Positions 62,747 to 64,000 of a stretch of 64,000 bases of DNA are shown piece after piece. Position numbers and translations under genes: made by a program. Each line of letters starts with the position of its first letter. Positions within the stretch are counted from its first letter, which is position 1. This DNA comes from Chiloscyllium plagiosum (lineage: Eukaryota), in contig NC_057751.1 in the NCBI RefSeq assembly GCF_004010195.1, positions 10,613,831 through 10,677,830 on the forward strand, given 5' to 3'. Below the pieces are notes generated by a model that was not told where the DNA came from, made no database searches, and saw only the letters and a list, made by a program, of their open reading frames with translations.

Positions 62747-64000
62747 GTTGGTAGATGTAAATGCTTTTATTGCAGTCCCCCCCCCCCCCCCCCGGACATT
62801 TTCTTTTGGGGAGGCTGTGGGCTACAGTGGGAATGAAGCAGCTGTCAGTCTGTATCCACCCATCTCCGCCGTCTCAAAGCTAGTGACAGCCAAGCGACGC
62901 TCAAACGCAGCCTCTCCTTCTCATCTGTCGGGATGTGATCATGTTTATGACACACACGTCAGAAATGCTCCTTAGCCCATTTTTTATTTGTTCCTCGGGT
63001 TTGTTTTTCTTGCCCGTTCGCGATTCAGTCACAATTTTAAAAGTGTGGTTGTCTATTCCCTTATATGTTTCAATTTGCACCTTAAATTTAAATTGGTAGC
63101 AATATTCGGCGAGGACAGGGCTTTGGTGGGAGAGAGTGTGTCAATCTCTCGTCTACAACTTGTTACAGTGTCACCCAGTTGGACACGGTTTTTTTTTTGA
63201 CTGGAGCTATTTTGACTGCAGATTGGTTGCAGCATTTGGTTTTCGCATTGCTTTTTATGACGAATGCAATTCTAAAAATGGTATGAAAAATATTAGGGGC
63301 CGAGCATTTCGTGAAACCTTCCACACGTGCACACCGAAAATAATCGGGATCGTTCATTTTTTTTTCAAATCTGTCACTGAAAGTACCTTGGTTCCTGGTG
63401 CAGGAAGATCTCTGTGGTGCTGAGATTAGACGGTGCTCATTAATCAACAAGCATTTTAAAACGTTGGCTTCAACTCTCATGAATTGGAGGTGGGGGTTAG
63501 GAAACGGAAATCTCTTGGTCGAGACGCATGACCGGGCTCATTCATCTCCCAGTTTCTCGTTCCTCGCCCAGTAGATGGGTTTGTTTAGCTGATCACACAG
63601 AGATCATGTGCTCGCCATGTCTGCGTGACAGTGCAGTCTTCTGGAACTAACCTCTCGAAGGTGCCTGCCCAGATTCGTTTCAGGAGGCGTTAACAAAATA
63701 CGGTCCTTAGAAGTGGGTTTCTGGCGTAGCCTGCCAATTTCAAACGATCTGTGTCAGTCGTGGTGTTTTTTGTATAAAAAAAAGGGTTGTGGAATAAATT
63801 GGACCAAATAAAACCTAGTTCTTGTTCAGAGTTAATAAGTGAATGATAGTTCATGATTCCCTTCAATTCCCTCACTTCACAAGTCTGTCGTCAGTACACC
63901 GTGCCTTGCTTCCAAGGCAGTCGCAGGCCTTCTGACAGGGTCTGCACTGGTTGTTTTGAATCATGTGTCGAGAGCAGCATTAAGTTATTGCTTTTTTGCC

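Noticed and set aside
62003..62793. Long G and C homopolymers near camk2b as functional G4/i-motifs
   Set aside because: Simple homopolymers of unreliable length with no supporting evidence.
1..64000. Most ORFs in the six-frame track as genes
   Set aside because: They are short and lie in SINEs, LINEs or antisense frames. The real exons were defined by splice sites and protein motifs, and several are missing from the track.

Overview
Eukaryotic, intron-rich vertebrate DNA. The repeat complement (HE1-type tRNA SINEs, CR1/HER1 LINEs, Penelope-like elements) suggests a shark or other cartilaginous fish; this is an inference. Two + strand genes can be spliced by hand. The first is nudcd3 coding exons 2-6 (4903-43425; exon 1 is not in the window), with a poly(A) signal near 43816. 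The second is the CpG-rich promoter and first two coding exons of a CaMKII gene (62343-62746), most likely camk2b given its diagnostic residues and the NUDCD3-CAMK2B order seen in human. The rest is intron and intergenic DNA dense with decayed retroelements: CR1 (one copy with an SGNH-esterase ORF1), a Crack/L2-like LINE, an RTE LINE carrying three nested insertions, HE1/V-SINEs, a Deu-domain SINE and Penelope-like (PLE) fragments. The most interesting signal is a set of short (140-600 bp) fold-back PLE-derived insertions, most flanked by 10-16 bp target-site duplications (TSDs). Several carry minimal type I hammerhead ribozyme motifs (CUGANGA-N-stem II-GAAAC-GUH) from at least three sequence families; one intact-looking copy at 25076-25111 is in sense orientation within nudcd3 intron 4. 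Nearly all ORFs in the supplied track are repeat debris or noise. Repeat boundaries were read by eye and are approximate unless a TSD is given.
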